Shown here one piece after another: positions 47,736 to 57,235 of a DNA stretch of 64,000 nt. Source of the DNA: Turneriella sp. (GTDB taxonomy: Bacteria; Spirochaetota; Leptospiria; Turneriellales; Turneriellaceae); NCBI GenBank assembly GCA_965279515.1, contig CBDIID010000003.1:4480001-4544000 (forward strand). The letters are read 5' to 3'. The notes below the pieces were generated by a model. It was not told the origin of the DNA. It was given only the letters and a program-made list of their open reading frames with translations, and did no database searches. Within the stretch, counting starts at the first letter, position 1, and every line of letters starts with the position of its first letter. Made by a program: the position numbers and the translations under genes.

Positions 47736-48956
47736 TTATGCAGGGCTGAGCACTGGTCGACCGGGGCGGAAGTAATAGAATGCCCAGACCAATGATATGG
47801 CGGCAATCCCCGCCACACCGGCGATTACCGGTATATTAGCATAGCGCGTCGCATAGGCCGCAAAGGCGACATTGAGGCCCATGCGGATGACCTCTGAGGG
47901 CAAGAGCCATCTTTTAGCTTCGAGTATGCCCGCCCAGTTGATGATACTGTGCCAGAGTAGGGCGGCACCCACCCATTTCAGCTCATACGAAAGCGGTGAT
48001 TTGGGAGAGATTACCAGCAGCATCAGTACCGCCGTCAAAATCACCTGCACGACGATATAGGTTTTCGCGCCGTCAAACATCGGCGAAGCAAAACGCTGCT
48101 GGTTCTTCTCGGTAATCTCGGGTGGCAGTGGTTTCATGCCCTCGGGCGACCAGCTGAGCGGCATAAACCAGATACGGATTTTATCCCACCAGCTTTTCGC
48201 CTTCAGCATGTCTTTGAAGATCAGTACATAGTAGTGGAAATTGATTTTGATGGGGTCAAACGACTTGGGGTGGCTGTACATCCCATAGACGACCTTTTCT
48301 TTTTCTTCGGCGAAACTGCCGAACATGCGGTCCCAGATAATCAGAAACTCGCCGAAATTTTTATCGAGGTACTGGTAATTGACGCCGTGGTGTACGCGGT
48401 GGTGCGAGGGTGTCGTGAAAATAAACTCAATTGGTTTCCAGAGTTTGGGAATAAACTCAGTGTGGTGCAGAAATGAAATGAAGAGATGCAGCGCCGTCAT
48501 GGTATAGATATCGAACGGCGTGAAACCCACCAGTGTCAATGGCCAGAAAAAGAAAAAGGAAAACAGGCGCTGCGTGACGCTGGCCCTCAGGGCCACCATA
48601 AAATTCATCTCTTCGGCGGAGTGGTGGGGCGAGTGCGCGGCCCACATGATTTTCATATGGTGGCCCCAGCGGTGCACCCAGTAAAAGATGAAGTCCACAC
48701 CCAGAAGCAGCAAAATAAAGTTCACGGCGTTCATTTCCAGCGGGCCAGCGATACGGTAATTCGCATGCAGCCAGCCATAGACCTCGTAGACGCCGGCGGC
48801 AACGAGCAGGTTGACGGTCTGGTTGCCGAGGGCGGTACCGAAGTTGGCCACGGCTTCCTGGAAACGGATATACTTCCGCTTGAAAATAAAACAGGCGGCG
48901 ATTTCGAGCAATACAAAGAAGATCGCGATCGGGGTCAGTAATGCGTAGATGTTCAT
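47736..48956 (-). CDS. Sterol desaturase / alkylglycerol monooxygenase-like protein (paralog of 38318)
   Basis: His boxes YWVHRWGH, HSPHHS, FLHHT, TPSHHRVHH. Confidence 0.9.
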   Translation of the reverse strand: MNIYALLTPIAIFFVLLEIAACFIFKRKYIRFQEAVANFGTALGNQTVNLLVAAGVYEVYGWLHANYRIAGPLEMNAVNFILLLLGVDFIFYWVHRWGHHMKIMWAAHSPHHSAEEMNFMVALRASVTQRLFSFFFFWPLTLVGFTPFDIYTMTALHLFISFLHHTEFIPKLWKPIEFIFTTPSHHRVHHGVNYQYLDKNFGEFLIIWDRMFGSFAEEKEKVVYGMYSHPKSFDPIKINFHYYVLIFKDMLKAKSWWDKIRIWFMPLSWSPEGMKPLPPEITEKNQQRFASPMFDGAKTYIVVQVILTAVLMLLVISPKSPLSYELKWVGAALLWHSIINWAGILEAKRWLLPSEVIRMGLNVAFAAYATRYANIPVIAGVAGIAAISLVWAFYYFRPGRPVLSPA

Positions 48957-49034
48957 GGCCGCTAGTATCCGGCCGGGGCTGGCGGTATACGATTTTTTCT
49001 GTACAGGCGATCCGTAGTCTTCCGAAAATAGAAT

Positions 49035-49541
49035 ATGCTGCGTTTGCTGTTATTTAGCGTGTGTTCAATACCGCTGTTTGCCCAGGGCATGCCGGCAAAA
49101 CCGGCCAGCGAGCCTGTCACCGTAGCACCCGTTGTAAAAACAGTTACCGAGGAACGCAAAGAAACCCTGAAAAAACTCATCGATGCGGCCGTGTTGATGC
49201 TCGAGGCTAAGGCATACCGGCAGTTTATCCAGGCCTTCGTTGATGATGAAGACCGCCGCCGCTTTGAGCAGGCATATACCCGTAGCGGCGCCGTGAACTA
49301 CGATGAATGGGGTAAAGATAAGGGTGTGCAGATGCTGAAGGTGCTCAGGCAAATCGCGGCGATGGATCCCGTGATGACCGAGATGCGGGCCTGTTATGCA
49401 ATGCCGGATATCCCCCGCGGAAAATTTTCATTCGTCTTTATAAAGGGGGCGTGGTTTATCGAAAACAAAAGCGTCTGCCCCGCCGAAATTCTGAAGAAAG
49501 TTGAAACGCCGGTTGAAATTAAACCAGGACCGAAAAACTAA
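49035..49541 (+). CDS. Exported hypothetical protein
   Basis: Signal peptide ending LFA; fills the gap between known genes. Confidence 0.65.
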   Translation: MLRLLLFSVCSIPLFAQGMPAKPASEPVTVAPVVKTVTEERKETLKKLIDAAVLMLEAKAYRQFIQAFVDDEDRRRFEQAYTRSGAVNYDEWGKDKGVQMLKVLRQIAAMDPVMTEMRACYAMPDIPRGKFSFVFIKGAWFIENKSVCPAEILKKVETPVEIKPGPKN

Positions 49542-49551
49542 TACGAAATGT

Positions 49552-49938
49552 TTATCTCTTCTCGATGAGATCCCATTTGTTGCCGTAGAGGTCTTTAAAC
49601 ACCACCACGCGGCCATAAGCTTCATCGCGCGGCTTTTGTATAAATTCAATACCGTGCTTCAGGTAATCCTCGTAGGTCTTTTCAAAATCTTTGGTGTAGA
49701 GAAACAGAAAGACACGGTTGCCGGTTTGATTGCCGATGCGTGAAATCTGTTCCGGCGTAACCGCTTTAGCGAGCAATAGGTTCACGGGCGAGGTGGGGCT
49801 TGGAGCGATCACAATCCAGCGTTTATCATCGTTGATGCGCGTGTCGCCAACGAGCGTAAAGCCCAGCTTTTTTGTATAAAATTCAATAGCCTCGTCGTAG
49901 TCACGGACAATCAGCGCAATCTGTCGGATTTCCAGCAT
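49552..49938 (-). CDS. VOC/glyoxalase family protein
   Basis: IVRDYDEAIEFYTKKLGF, IGNQTG.RVFLFL, FKDLYGNKWDL. Confidence 0.92.
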   Translation of the reverse strand: MLEIRQIALIVRDYDEAIEFYTKKLGFTLVGDTRINDDKRWIVIAPSPTSPVNLLLAKAVTPEQISRIGNQTGNRVFLFLYTKDFEKTYEDYLKHGIEFIQKPRDEAYGRVVVFKDLYGNKWDLIEKR

Positions 49939-49946
49939 AGGCTTAC

Positions 49947-50312
49947 TTAACCGCTGCACTTCTCGCGCAAATTGGTTTTTTCAATGGTAATTTTTGCGCG
50001 GCAGCTGCCTGCTTCACAGTCGACAACTCGTTTTTTCTGATTTTCTATCCTATACTGCGTGGCATCCTGATCGCCACAGAACTTGGGCCAGTGGCTCATG
50101 GCGTCCATCAGCGCTGCCTCGCGCGCCATCGCCGTCGCCTGAACCTGCGGCAGGTCAGCTTTCGCTGTTCCTTCCCCGACAAGTTGCAGTGTGTCGCCGC
50201 TGATAAAGCCCTCGCGCCAGCCGCCGGTAGCGCAGGCGAGCGAACTCGCGCAAAACGGGAATGTTATCAGCACCATGAGGAGACTGATATGCCATGGGGC
50301 TTTCATGTCCAT
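49947..50312 (-). CDS. Putative lipoprotein (LPP20-like motif)
   Basis: Hydrophobic N-terminus with Cys; AMAREAALMDA; several Cys. Confidence 0.6.
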   Translation of the reverse strand: MDMKAPWHISLLMVLITFPFCASSLACATGGWREGFISGDTLQLVGEGTAKADLPQVQATAMAREAALMDAMSHWPKFCGDQDATQYRIENQKKRVVDCEAGSCRAKITIEKTNLREKCSG

Positions 50313-51148
50313 TAGACGCCCAGCTTCACTAAACGGTCGATTTTCAGCGCCGTGGAAATAAAATTCTCAAAGTCGGCGAGGTAAAGCTGGTTAGTCGCAT
50401 CTGATTTTGCCTCGGGCGGGTTGGGATGGATCTCGGAGAAGATGCCGTCGAGCCCCACAGCGACCGCGGCGCGCGCCAAAGGAAACGCCATGCGGCGGTC
50501 GCCACCGGAGGTTTTGCCGCCGCCGGGTAGTTGTGTCGAGTGGGTAGCGTCGAAGACCACGTGTAAGCCCTCGCGCCGCATGATTTCGAACGAGCGCATA
50601 TCGACGACGAGGTTGTTATAACCAAAGGTGTAGCCGCGCTCGCAAATCGTCACTTTCTCAGAACCCGATTTACGGTATTTGTCAGCGATGTTCAGGGCAT
50701 CTTCAGGCGCGACGAATTGTCCCTTTTTGATGTTCGTCCATTTACCGGTTTTCGCCGCGGCAACGACGATATCGGTTTGGCGGCATAAAAATGCGGGTAT
50801 CTGCAGCATGTCGACATACTCTGCGGCGATATCGGCTTCTTCGGCCGTGTGGATATCCGTCAGCGCCGGCAGTTTGTATTCATCGGCGACTTTTTTGAGC
50901 AGTGAAAGCCCTTCGCGAATACCCGGGCCGCGGAACGAATCGATCGAAGAGCGGTTCGCCTTATCGAATGAAGATTTAAAAAGAATTAAAACATCATACT
51001 TGTCGGCGATACGGCGCACCTCTTTAGCGACGGTCTGCAGCAGGCTTTCGCTCTCGATGACGCAGGGGCCGGCGATAAAAAACGGCGGGTTGGTGGCGCC
51101 GATTTTGCGGCCGTTCAGAAATTCAATTTCTTTGTTTTCTGCCAGCAT
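50312..51148 (-). CDS. kdsA: KDO-8-phosphate synthase
   Basis: IAGPCVIES, FKSSFDKANRSS, QIPAFLCRQTD, DATHS. Confidence 0.97.
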   Translation of the reverse strand: MLAENKEIEFLNGRKIGATNPPFFIAGPCVIESESLLQTVAKEVRRIADKYDVLILFKSSFDKANRSSIDSFRGPGIREGLSLLKKVADEYKLPALTDIHTAEEADIAAEYVDMLQIPAFLCRQTDIVVAAAKTGKWTNIKKGQFVAPEDALNIADKYRKSGSEKVTICERGYTFGYNNLVVDMRSFEIMRREGLHVVFDATHSTQLPGGGKTSGGDRRMAFPLARAAVAVGLDGIFSEIHPNPPEAKSDATNQLYLADFENFISTALKIDRLVKLGV

Positions 51149-51150
51149 TG

Positions 51151-51468
51151 TTATCCGACTTTAAATGCCATGCGTACGCGGCATGCGCCATTTTTTTCGA
51201 AATATTCGCCGAGGCGCCGGCCTTCATCTTTTGCCTGCGGATGCGCCGCTTTGAAACGCGCTTTAGCCTTCGTGTCTGCCTCTGCACAGTTTTTGCGAAA
51301 ACGTTCTGCCGCGGGTTCTGAAACAGCGGTATTATCCGCTGCTTCGACAAATTGCACATAACCTTTCTCTAATACATAACCATCAGCAAAAAAATTTTCA
51401 TCGGGCACGATGAATTTTCCCGAGGCGCAAAAGGTGAGAAACAGCGGAAGAACCGGGAATATCCGCAT
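51151..51468 (-). CDS. Small lipoprotein
   Basis: LFLTFCASG lipobox; tight operon spacing. Confidence 0.65.
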   Translation of the reverse strand: MRIFPVLPLFLTFCASGKFIVPDENFFADGYVLEKGYVQFVEAADNTAVSEPAAERFRKNCAEADTKAKARFKAAHPQAKDEGRRLGEYFEKNGACRVRMAFKVG

Positions 51469-51473
51469 TAAGG

Positions 51474-52178
51474 CTAAGCCGCCTCAGTATGCTGCATGAA
51501 CCAGGCTTCGAGTTCACCTGCGGGAATCGACGAGGTTTCAGCCTCGGCGAGAATCTTGCCATTGTGCATCAGGAAAATGCGGTCGGCAATTTCATGCACT
51601 TCTTTCAAAATGTGGCTCGATACCAGTACGGCATGGTCGGTCTTGAATTCTTTCAGCAGGGTTTTGATTTCGCGTATCTGCCGCGGGTCGAGATCGGCGA
51701 TTGGTTCGTCGAGCAGCAACACCTTGGGCTCGTGAACGATTGCCTGCGCCAGGCCGACGCGTTTGCGGAAACCGGCCGACAGCGAGGCGATGTAGTCATG
51801 CCGACGGTCAGCCAGTGCGCAACGGGTCAGGGCGCGTTCGACCGCTGCCTGCTCATTGTCGCGTGTCGCCATGCGTAACCTGTACATGTAGATCAGAAAA
51901 TCTTCAATCGTCATGTCGTTGTAGAGGGCGGGGTTTTCCGGAAGATAACCAATGTGGCTGAGTAACTTTTCACGTTCGTCGATGATGTTCTCGCCTTCGA
52001 AGCGTACTTCGCCCGAAGTCGGCGTAATATACCCGGTGAGCATGCGTAGCGTTGTCGTCTTTCCGGCACCGTTGATGCCAAGCAGCGCCGTGATTTCTCC
52101 CTTTTTCAGTTTAAAAGAAATTTGATCTACAGCTTTGCGGGAGCTGTAGTGTTTCGAAAGGTTCTGAATTTCAAACAA
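51474..52178 (-). CDS. ABC transporter ATP-binding protein (ABC-2/GldA-like)
   Basis: GINGAGKTT, LSAGFRKRVGLAQA, LLDEP, SSHIL. Confidence 0.92.
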   Translation of the reverse strand: MFEIQNLSKHYSSRKAVDQISFKLKKGEITALLGINGAGKTTTLRMLTGYITPTSGEVRFEGENIIDEREKLLSHIGYLPENPALYNDMTIEDFLIYMYRLRMATRDNEQAAVERALTRCALADRRHDYIASLSAGFRKRVGLAQAIVHEPKVLLLDEPIADLDPRQIREIKTLLKEFKTDHAVLVSSHILKEVHEIADRIFLMHNGKILAEAETSSIPAGELEAWFMQHTEAA

Positions 52179-52181
52179 GGC

Positions 52182-53849
52182 TTATTTCCTCAATTGCAGG
52201 GTTGTTTCTGCCGTAGCGAAATCTCCCTGGATGCTTGAAATAATAGAGAAAAATTTCAGTTTCTCAAGCATATTCGAATAATTCTTCAGCGTCGAACCTT
52301 CTTTGGTTTTTGCTACCGCCTTAAAAATCTGCTGCAGGTCGATGAAGAAGATACCCTGCGCCGCGTCATACGGTAATTTAGTCAGGCGTTCGGTCAGCGG
52401 CGTTTCAGAGCCTTTAGTCGCCTTGAGCGCATTGGCCTTGCTGTTTGAAACGATGATTTCCTCTTCGCGGATTAAAAACACAATGGTGACCGGCTTCTTC
52501 TTGCCGCCGATTTTTTCTTCAGCTTTCACGATCACGAACTTACCTTCGTCAGCTTCTTCATACTCAAATTTGGTTTTCTGGGTTTTGTTCGCTTCTGCTT
52601 TCTTTGCCATTTTTTCACTGGCTTTGAAAACCTGTAGCCAGCTTTCGGCCGTGCCTTTCTTTATGCCATAACTGCCGTTGAGTTCCCATGCGAGTACATC
52701 TTTCATCTTCGCTTCGGCGGGCACATTGAGCACCTGGAAGTTGAAATTACCACGCAGTGTGCCGATGATTTGTTTTTCGAAATCGACTTTGAGTTCTGTT
52801 TTGAACTCCTCCATGGCCTTCGTGTATTTCTGGTTAAAAACCGGGCTCAGTGATTTGAACAGATCGATGAGTCCGCCGACGTTGAGTTTAAGCAGGCTGT
52901 AGTGTACCGGATTTTTTGCGAGCGTATCTGAGGTTAAAGGCTGAGCCTTGACCTGGATGATGCGTGGGTAGATTTTGCTGGTATCACTGAGGTAGCCTTC
53001 TTTATACTTGTACGAAAAATATCCTGAAATGCGATCAGCACTGGCGACCAGTGCGCCGCCTGAAGATTGCAGGTTGTCGCGGATTTCAGCAACATAGGGA
53101 GAGTTCTCGTCGAGAACAGGCTGCTGCTCACCACCCTGGTTCAAGTCTTTCTGCAGCTGGCGCATCATTTCAGTCTGGGCCTTGAGAGACGCGATGATCA
53201 GTTTCGGATTCAGGAAAAAGGCCGCCAGTGGTTGTTTACCGCCGTTGCGCGACCAGAGATGTGCGCGCATCGCCGTATAAAACGAAGCCTCTGCGATCGG
53301 CTTTGATGCGCGGCCCGCCATTGCTTTCGCCAGTTCAAGTTTATTGCTGACGAGAAGGGCATCCTCACTTTTCACGAGGTAACCCGGGTCGTTCTCCGTG
53401 CCGAAATAAAACACGCGGCCGGGTTCGATCTCTTTATTGATCGCCATCTGGCTTTCGGCGATTTTTCCTTTCAGAAAATCATAGAGCTTTGAGTTAGACT
53501 GTACGGGAATGATCATGACGAATTCCGGCTTTACGGGATTTCCCGTAGTTTCGATTTCCATGTTCACAGCGAGGCCCCAGGGTGTCTTGGTGTTAATCCC
53601 CATCTCTTCGAGTTTGACGGGATCGAGCAGATTTAAGCCACTGCGCTGCTCGAAGTTGGCCGACAGCATCGACCAAACACCTTCACCTGCGACGGCGCTG
53701 ACAACGGTGCGCAGCGAAGCCAGGCCTTCGGCGAGCGGAGCGCCCTCGACGAAGACGGCGGTATCCGCCGGAACGCGGTCACCTGGGGCGAGCGCCGAGA
53801 GGGAGTGCAGGCAAACTACGCCTGCGATTAAAATCTTTCGCAATTGCAT
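52182..53849 (-). CDS. Exported protein, DUF3352-like
   Basis: Signal peptide from ATG 53849, VPADTAVFV near N-terminus, FFIDLQQI near C-terminus. Confidence 0.6.
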   Translation of the reverse strand: MQLRKILIAGVVCLHSLSALAPGDRVPADTAVFVEGAPLAEGLASLRTVVSAVAGEGVWSMLSANFEQRSGLNLLDPVKLEEMGINTKTPWGLAVNMEIETTGNPVKPEFVMIIPVQSNSKLYDFLKGKIAESQMAINKEIEPGRVFYFGTENDPGYLVKSEDALLVSNKLELAKAMAGRASKPIAEASFYTAMRAHLWSRNGGKQPLAAFFLNPKLIIASLKAQTEMMRQLQKDLNQGGEQQPVLDENSPYVAEIRDNLQSSGGALVASADRISGYFSYKYKEGYLSDTSKIYPRIIQVKAQPLTSDTLAKNPVHYSLLKLNVGGLIDLFKSLSPVFNQKYTKAMEEFKTELKVDFEKQIIGTLRGNFNFQVLNVPAEAKMKDVLAWELNGSYGIKKGTAESWLQVFKASEKMAKKAEANKTQKTKFEYEEADEGKFVIVKAEEKIGGKKKPVTIVFLIREEEIIVSNSKANALKATKGSETPLTERLTKLPYDAAQGIFFIDLQQIFKAVAKTKEGSTLKNYSNMLEKLKFFSIISSIQGDFATAETTLQLRK

Positions 53850-53961
53850 GGCTCTGAAACGGGGCCTCAGCATCTCCCGACAAGCGGAATTCGATACCGC
53901 AGCCATAGGGGAAGCTCCTCCATAATAATGGACAGGGTGTTTCAGCCTCGGGTTTTTACCC

Positions 53962-54726
53962 ATGGCTTTGGACATTAAGGGATTTCGTGCACGGCGAAAA
54001 GCGTTGCGTGCACAGGCTGCGGGGGCCGCTCCGGTTATCCTGCCGGCTTCCGAACATGTGCCATTGGGGCACCGTATTTCACTGTGGCTGACCGAGAACC
54101 CCAAAACCATCCGTAATACTATCTTCGCCATTCTGGGCGCGACAGTCGTTGTGGTGCTCTTCCTGGTATTGCGCGCGGCCGCGAAAGATGAGCACAGCCG
54201 CAAGTTGCATCAGTCGCTCGAAAAATACGAACAGATTAAGATACTGCCGCGCGGCGAAGCCCGGGCATTGCAGATGAAAGAGTTTGGCCTGTCGCTGAAG
54301 AGTGTCTGCGAGCAAACGCTGGCAACTCTCGAGAGCGCCGGTGCCTGTTTTACTGCCGGCAATGCCCTGCTTGAGGGGCGCGAGTTTTCCCTGGCTGCTT
54401 CTTTCTTCGGGCGTGCGGTTTCAGGTTATGACAGCGAAGCGATGATTTCTGTTGCGCGCTTTATGCAGGCGCAGGCATACGAAAGTGCCCGTGAGTTTGA
54501 AAAGGCGCTGGCAGTTTATAAAGACCTGGAAAAAGAATACGCCATCGCGAAAAAAACTGAAATGGCAACCTTTCACCAGGGCCGCATGCTTTATTACCTC
54601 GGTAGGTACGACGAGGCCGAAGAGAAGTTTGCCAAACTGTCGCGCGAGAGCGAAGGCAAGGAATTTGCGGCGCCGAGCCGCAATTATATTTCACTTCTAA
54701 ACGCCGAGCGCGCCTCAAAGAAGTAA
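53962..54726 (+). CDS. Membrane-anchored TPR protein (YfgM-like)
   Basis: Single TM followed by TPR helices. Confidence 0.75.
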   Translation: MALDIKGFRARRKALRAQAAGAAPVILPASEHVPLGHRISLWLTENPKTIRNTIFAILGATVVVVLFLVLRAAAKDEHSRKLHQSLEKYEQIKILPRGEARALQMKEFGLSLKSVCEQTLATLESAGACFTAGNALLEGREFSLAASFFGRAVSGYDSEAMISVARFMQAQAYESAREFEKALAVYKDLEKEYAIAKKTEMATFHQGRMLYYLGRYDEAEEKFAKLSRESEGKEFAAPSRNYISLLNAERASKK

Positions 54727-54727
54727 T

Positions 54728-55351
54728 TTGACCGCCGATAAGCTGCGGATTGCCCTTCCCAAGGGGCGCATGAGCGATGAAAGCCTGGAGTTTTTTTCGA
54801 AGCGCGGCCTGTGTAATCTCTCTAAAACGCAAGATGGCCGGGAACTCATTCTGCACGATGAGAAGAGCGCCATTGATTTTTACCTGATACGCAGCAAAGA
54901 TGTGGGTGCCTATGTCGAGCAGGGCGCCGCGGATCTCGGCATTATGGGGCTCGATCTGCTGCTCGAGCACAACTTCGATGTCTTTATTCCCGCCGCTTTG
55001 CCGTTCGGCGAATGCCGGCTCTCGGTAGCTTATCCGCAAAACCGGACCGAATGGCAAAAAAAGCGGGAAATCCGCGTTGCCACCAAATACCCGCGTCTTG
55101 CGACCGAATACTTTTTCCGCCGCGGGTTTAATATCCGCACGATTGAACTTTATGGTTCGATTGAGATTGCGCCTTTAACCGGGCTTTCTGACGTCATTGT
55201 TGACCTCGTGTCGACGGGAGCGACGCTGAAGGCAAATAACCTCGTTGAAGAAGAAATCATCCTCACCAGCACGGCGCGGCTGATCATGAATCCGTCAGCT
55301 TTTGCCCTCCGGCGTCCGCGGATTATGCAATTCATTGACAAGGTGTTTTAA
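54728..55351 (+). CDS. hisG: ATP phosphoribosyltransferase, short form
   Basis: IALPKGR, GAADLGI.G.D, VATKYP, GSIEIAP..GLSDVIVDLVSTGATL; 207 aa. Confidence 0.96.
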   Translation: MTADKLRIALPKGRMSDESLEFFSKRGLCNLSKTQDGRELILHDEKSAIDFYLIRSKDVGAYVEQGAADLGIMGLDLLLEHNFDVFIPAALPFGECRLSVAYPQNRTEWQKKREIRVATKYPRLATEYFFRRGFNIRTIELYGSIEIAPLTGLSDVIVDLVSTGATLKANNLVEEEIILTSTARLIMNPSAFALRRPRIMQFIDKVF

Positions 55352-55369
55352 GTTCATTTTCCGACTTAA

Positions 55370-55573
55370 ATGGCCGTACCCAAGAGAAGACTTTCACACT
55401 CCCGCAGGCGCAACCGCCGCGCTCACCACGCGATCGGCAAACCGAACCTTCGCCCCTGCGCCAACTGCGGTGCTTACGGCCTGCCACACCGCATCTGCAC
55501 AGCTTGCGGATATTACAACGGCAAACAAGTTCTTATCCCGCGCGTTAAGAAAGCAAAATCCGCTAAGGAATAA
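55370..55573 (+). CDS. rpmF: 50S ribosomal protein L32
   Basis: MAVPKRRLS, CxxC...HRICxxCGYYNG. Confidence 0.97.
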   Translation: MAVPKRRLSHSRRRNRRAHHAIGKPNLRPCANCGAYGLPHRICTACGYYNGKQVLIPRVKKAKSAKE

Positions 55574-55606
55574 ACGACACGGAGAGCGCCCGGGTAATCA
55601 GAAACC

Positions 55607-56167
55607 ATGGCGCCAGTGACCGGCCGCACAAGCAGCGTAGGGCAGCAGTTGCACCACAGCAACTGCCTGGGCTGCGGTGCTCTCAACAATTACTCCTTCC
55701 ATATACCCTCAACCTTTAACGAACAAAAAGGCGAGGTAGAATTTACGTTCCAGATGCGGCGCGAACATGAAGGTGCGCCGGGCCATGCCCATGGTGGTGG
55801 CCTGGCCCTGATTCTCGATGAAGCACAGGGCGTTCTTTGCCACCATCTCGGCCACTTCGTCATGACCGATGGGTTTTCCATCAAATACCACAAGGCGACA
55901 CCACTCTATAAAGATCTGAAAATCACTGCCTGGCTGACCTCTGCTCGTTCGAAGCGCCTTTACACCAAGGCCCGAATCCATCTCGGCGATGAACTTTTGG
56001 TGGAATCCAAGATAAAGTGGTATATCATTCCCGAACGCCTGCTAGAACGCCGGTTCAGCGCAGGCGGTAACCCCGGTCTTATGCTGAAGGACTTTCTCGA
56101 ACCCAACCGGATGCGGGCAAAGGAAATCCGCCGCCGCTTGCGCGGCGAGAAGAAAGCCGCGTCGTAA
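55607..56167 (+). CDS. PaaI-family thioesterase
   Basis: CLGCG..N, HEGAPGHAHGG....LDE. Confidence 0.88.
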   Translation: MAPVTGRTSSVGQQLHHSNCLGCGALNNYSFHIPSTFNEQKGEVEFTFQMRREHEGAPGHAHGGGLALILDEAQGVLCHHLGHFVMTDGFSIKYHKATPLYKDLKITAWLTSARSKRLYTKARIHLGDELLVESKIKWYIIPERLLERRFSAGGNPGLMLKDFLEPNRMRAKEIRRRLRGEKKAAS

Positions 56168-56215
56168 CGCAGCTTTCGCTGTTTACAACCTGTTTGAAAT
56201 TCCGTTTATCCCCGC

Positions 56216-57127
56216 ATGCGTATGCTTGTTGTGGGTTCGGTCGCGTTTGACGATATCCAAACCCCGTTCGGTGTAAAGAAGAACGTGCTCGGTGGTGCTG
56301 CGAGCCACTTCTCCATTGCCGCCTCGCCGCTCATTGAGCCTAAAATCATCGCGGTGATCGGCCAGGATTTTCCACAGAAATACGTCAAATACCTGGATGA
56401 TTTCGGCATCGATACCTCGGGTATTGAAAAAAGCGATGGCAAGACATTCCACTGGTCGGGCTTTTACGAGCACGACATGGCGGTAGCGCACACGCGTTCG
56501 ACAGAGCTCGGCGCTTTTGCGTCGTTCGAGCCGAAACTGACCGACGAAGACAAACAACGCCAGGTTTTATTTCTCGCCAACATTGACCCGGTCATTCAGT
56601 ACAAAGTTCTAAAACAAATGAAGAATGTGCATCTTGTCGGTCTCGACTCGATGAACTTCTGGATAGAGAGCAAAAAAGCACAGGTTTGGAAAGTTATCAA
56701 AGAAGCGGACATCATTTTCCTCAACGATGCCGAAGTGCGCATGCTGGCCGGTGAAGCCTCCCTCATTAAAGCCGCGAAAGTCATCCAGAAGCATGGCCCC
56801 GATATTGTGATCGTAAAAAAAGGCGAGCACGGAGTCATGGCGGTTTCGAAGGGCGAAATCTTCGTAAGCCCGGCATACCCGACAGAAAAAGTGATCGATC
56901 CGACCGGTGCTGGTGATGCCTTCGCTGGCGGTTGTATGAGTTACCTTGTCGCTAATACGCAACCGGGCAAGAAAATCACCTCAGACACGCTGCGCAAGGC
57001 AGTCTCGTGGGGTTCTGCGGTCGCAAGTTTTGCGGTTGAGGGTTTCTCGACTGCGGGCGTTGCGAAAGCTACAAAAAAGGCCATCGAGGCGCGCGTCGCG
57101 GCGTTGAAGAAACTGTCGGCGTTTTAA
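56216..57127 (+). CDS. PfkB-family sugar/nucleoside kinase
   Basis: VGSVAFD, KKGEHG, DPTGAGDAFAGG. Confidence 0.93.
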   Translation: MRMLVVGSVAFDDIQTPFGVKKNVLGGAASHFSIAASPLIEPKIIAVIGQDFPQKYVKYLDDFGIDTSGIEKSDGKTFHWSGFYEHDMAVAHTRSTELGAFASFEPKLTDEDKQRQVLFLANIDPVIQYKVLKQMKNVHLVGLDSMNFWIESKKAQVWKVIKEADIIFLNDAEVRMLAGEASLIKAAKVIQKHGPDIVIVKKGEHGVMAVSKGEIFVSPAYPTEKVIDPTGAGDAFAGGCMSYLVANTQPGKKITSDTLRKAVSWGSAVASFAVEGFSTAGVAKATKKAIEARVAALKKLSAF

Positions 57128-57235
57128 CCCCACCCCGGCCTTAGGCCACCCCTCCCCACTGACGTGGAGAGGGGTTTGTAGGCCAGTCTTGTTCCCCCTC
57201 TCCATGTTAATGGGGAGGGGGCTAGGGGGTGGGGT
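57127..57235. repeat. REP-like C-rich/G-rich nested palindrome
   Basis: ACCCCACCCC...GGGGTGGGGT enclosing CCCCTCCCCAC/GTGGAGAGGGG and CCCCCTCTCCAT/ATGGGGAGGGGG. Confidence 0.8.

Noticed and set aside
53850..54203. N-terminal extension of ORF 52182..54203
   Set aside because: Overlaps the TPR gene on the opposite strand; a signal peptide begins at ATG 53849
29267..55351. Scattered hisC, hisF and short hisG as a novelty
   Set aside because: Dispersed his genes and HisZ-dependent short HisG are common
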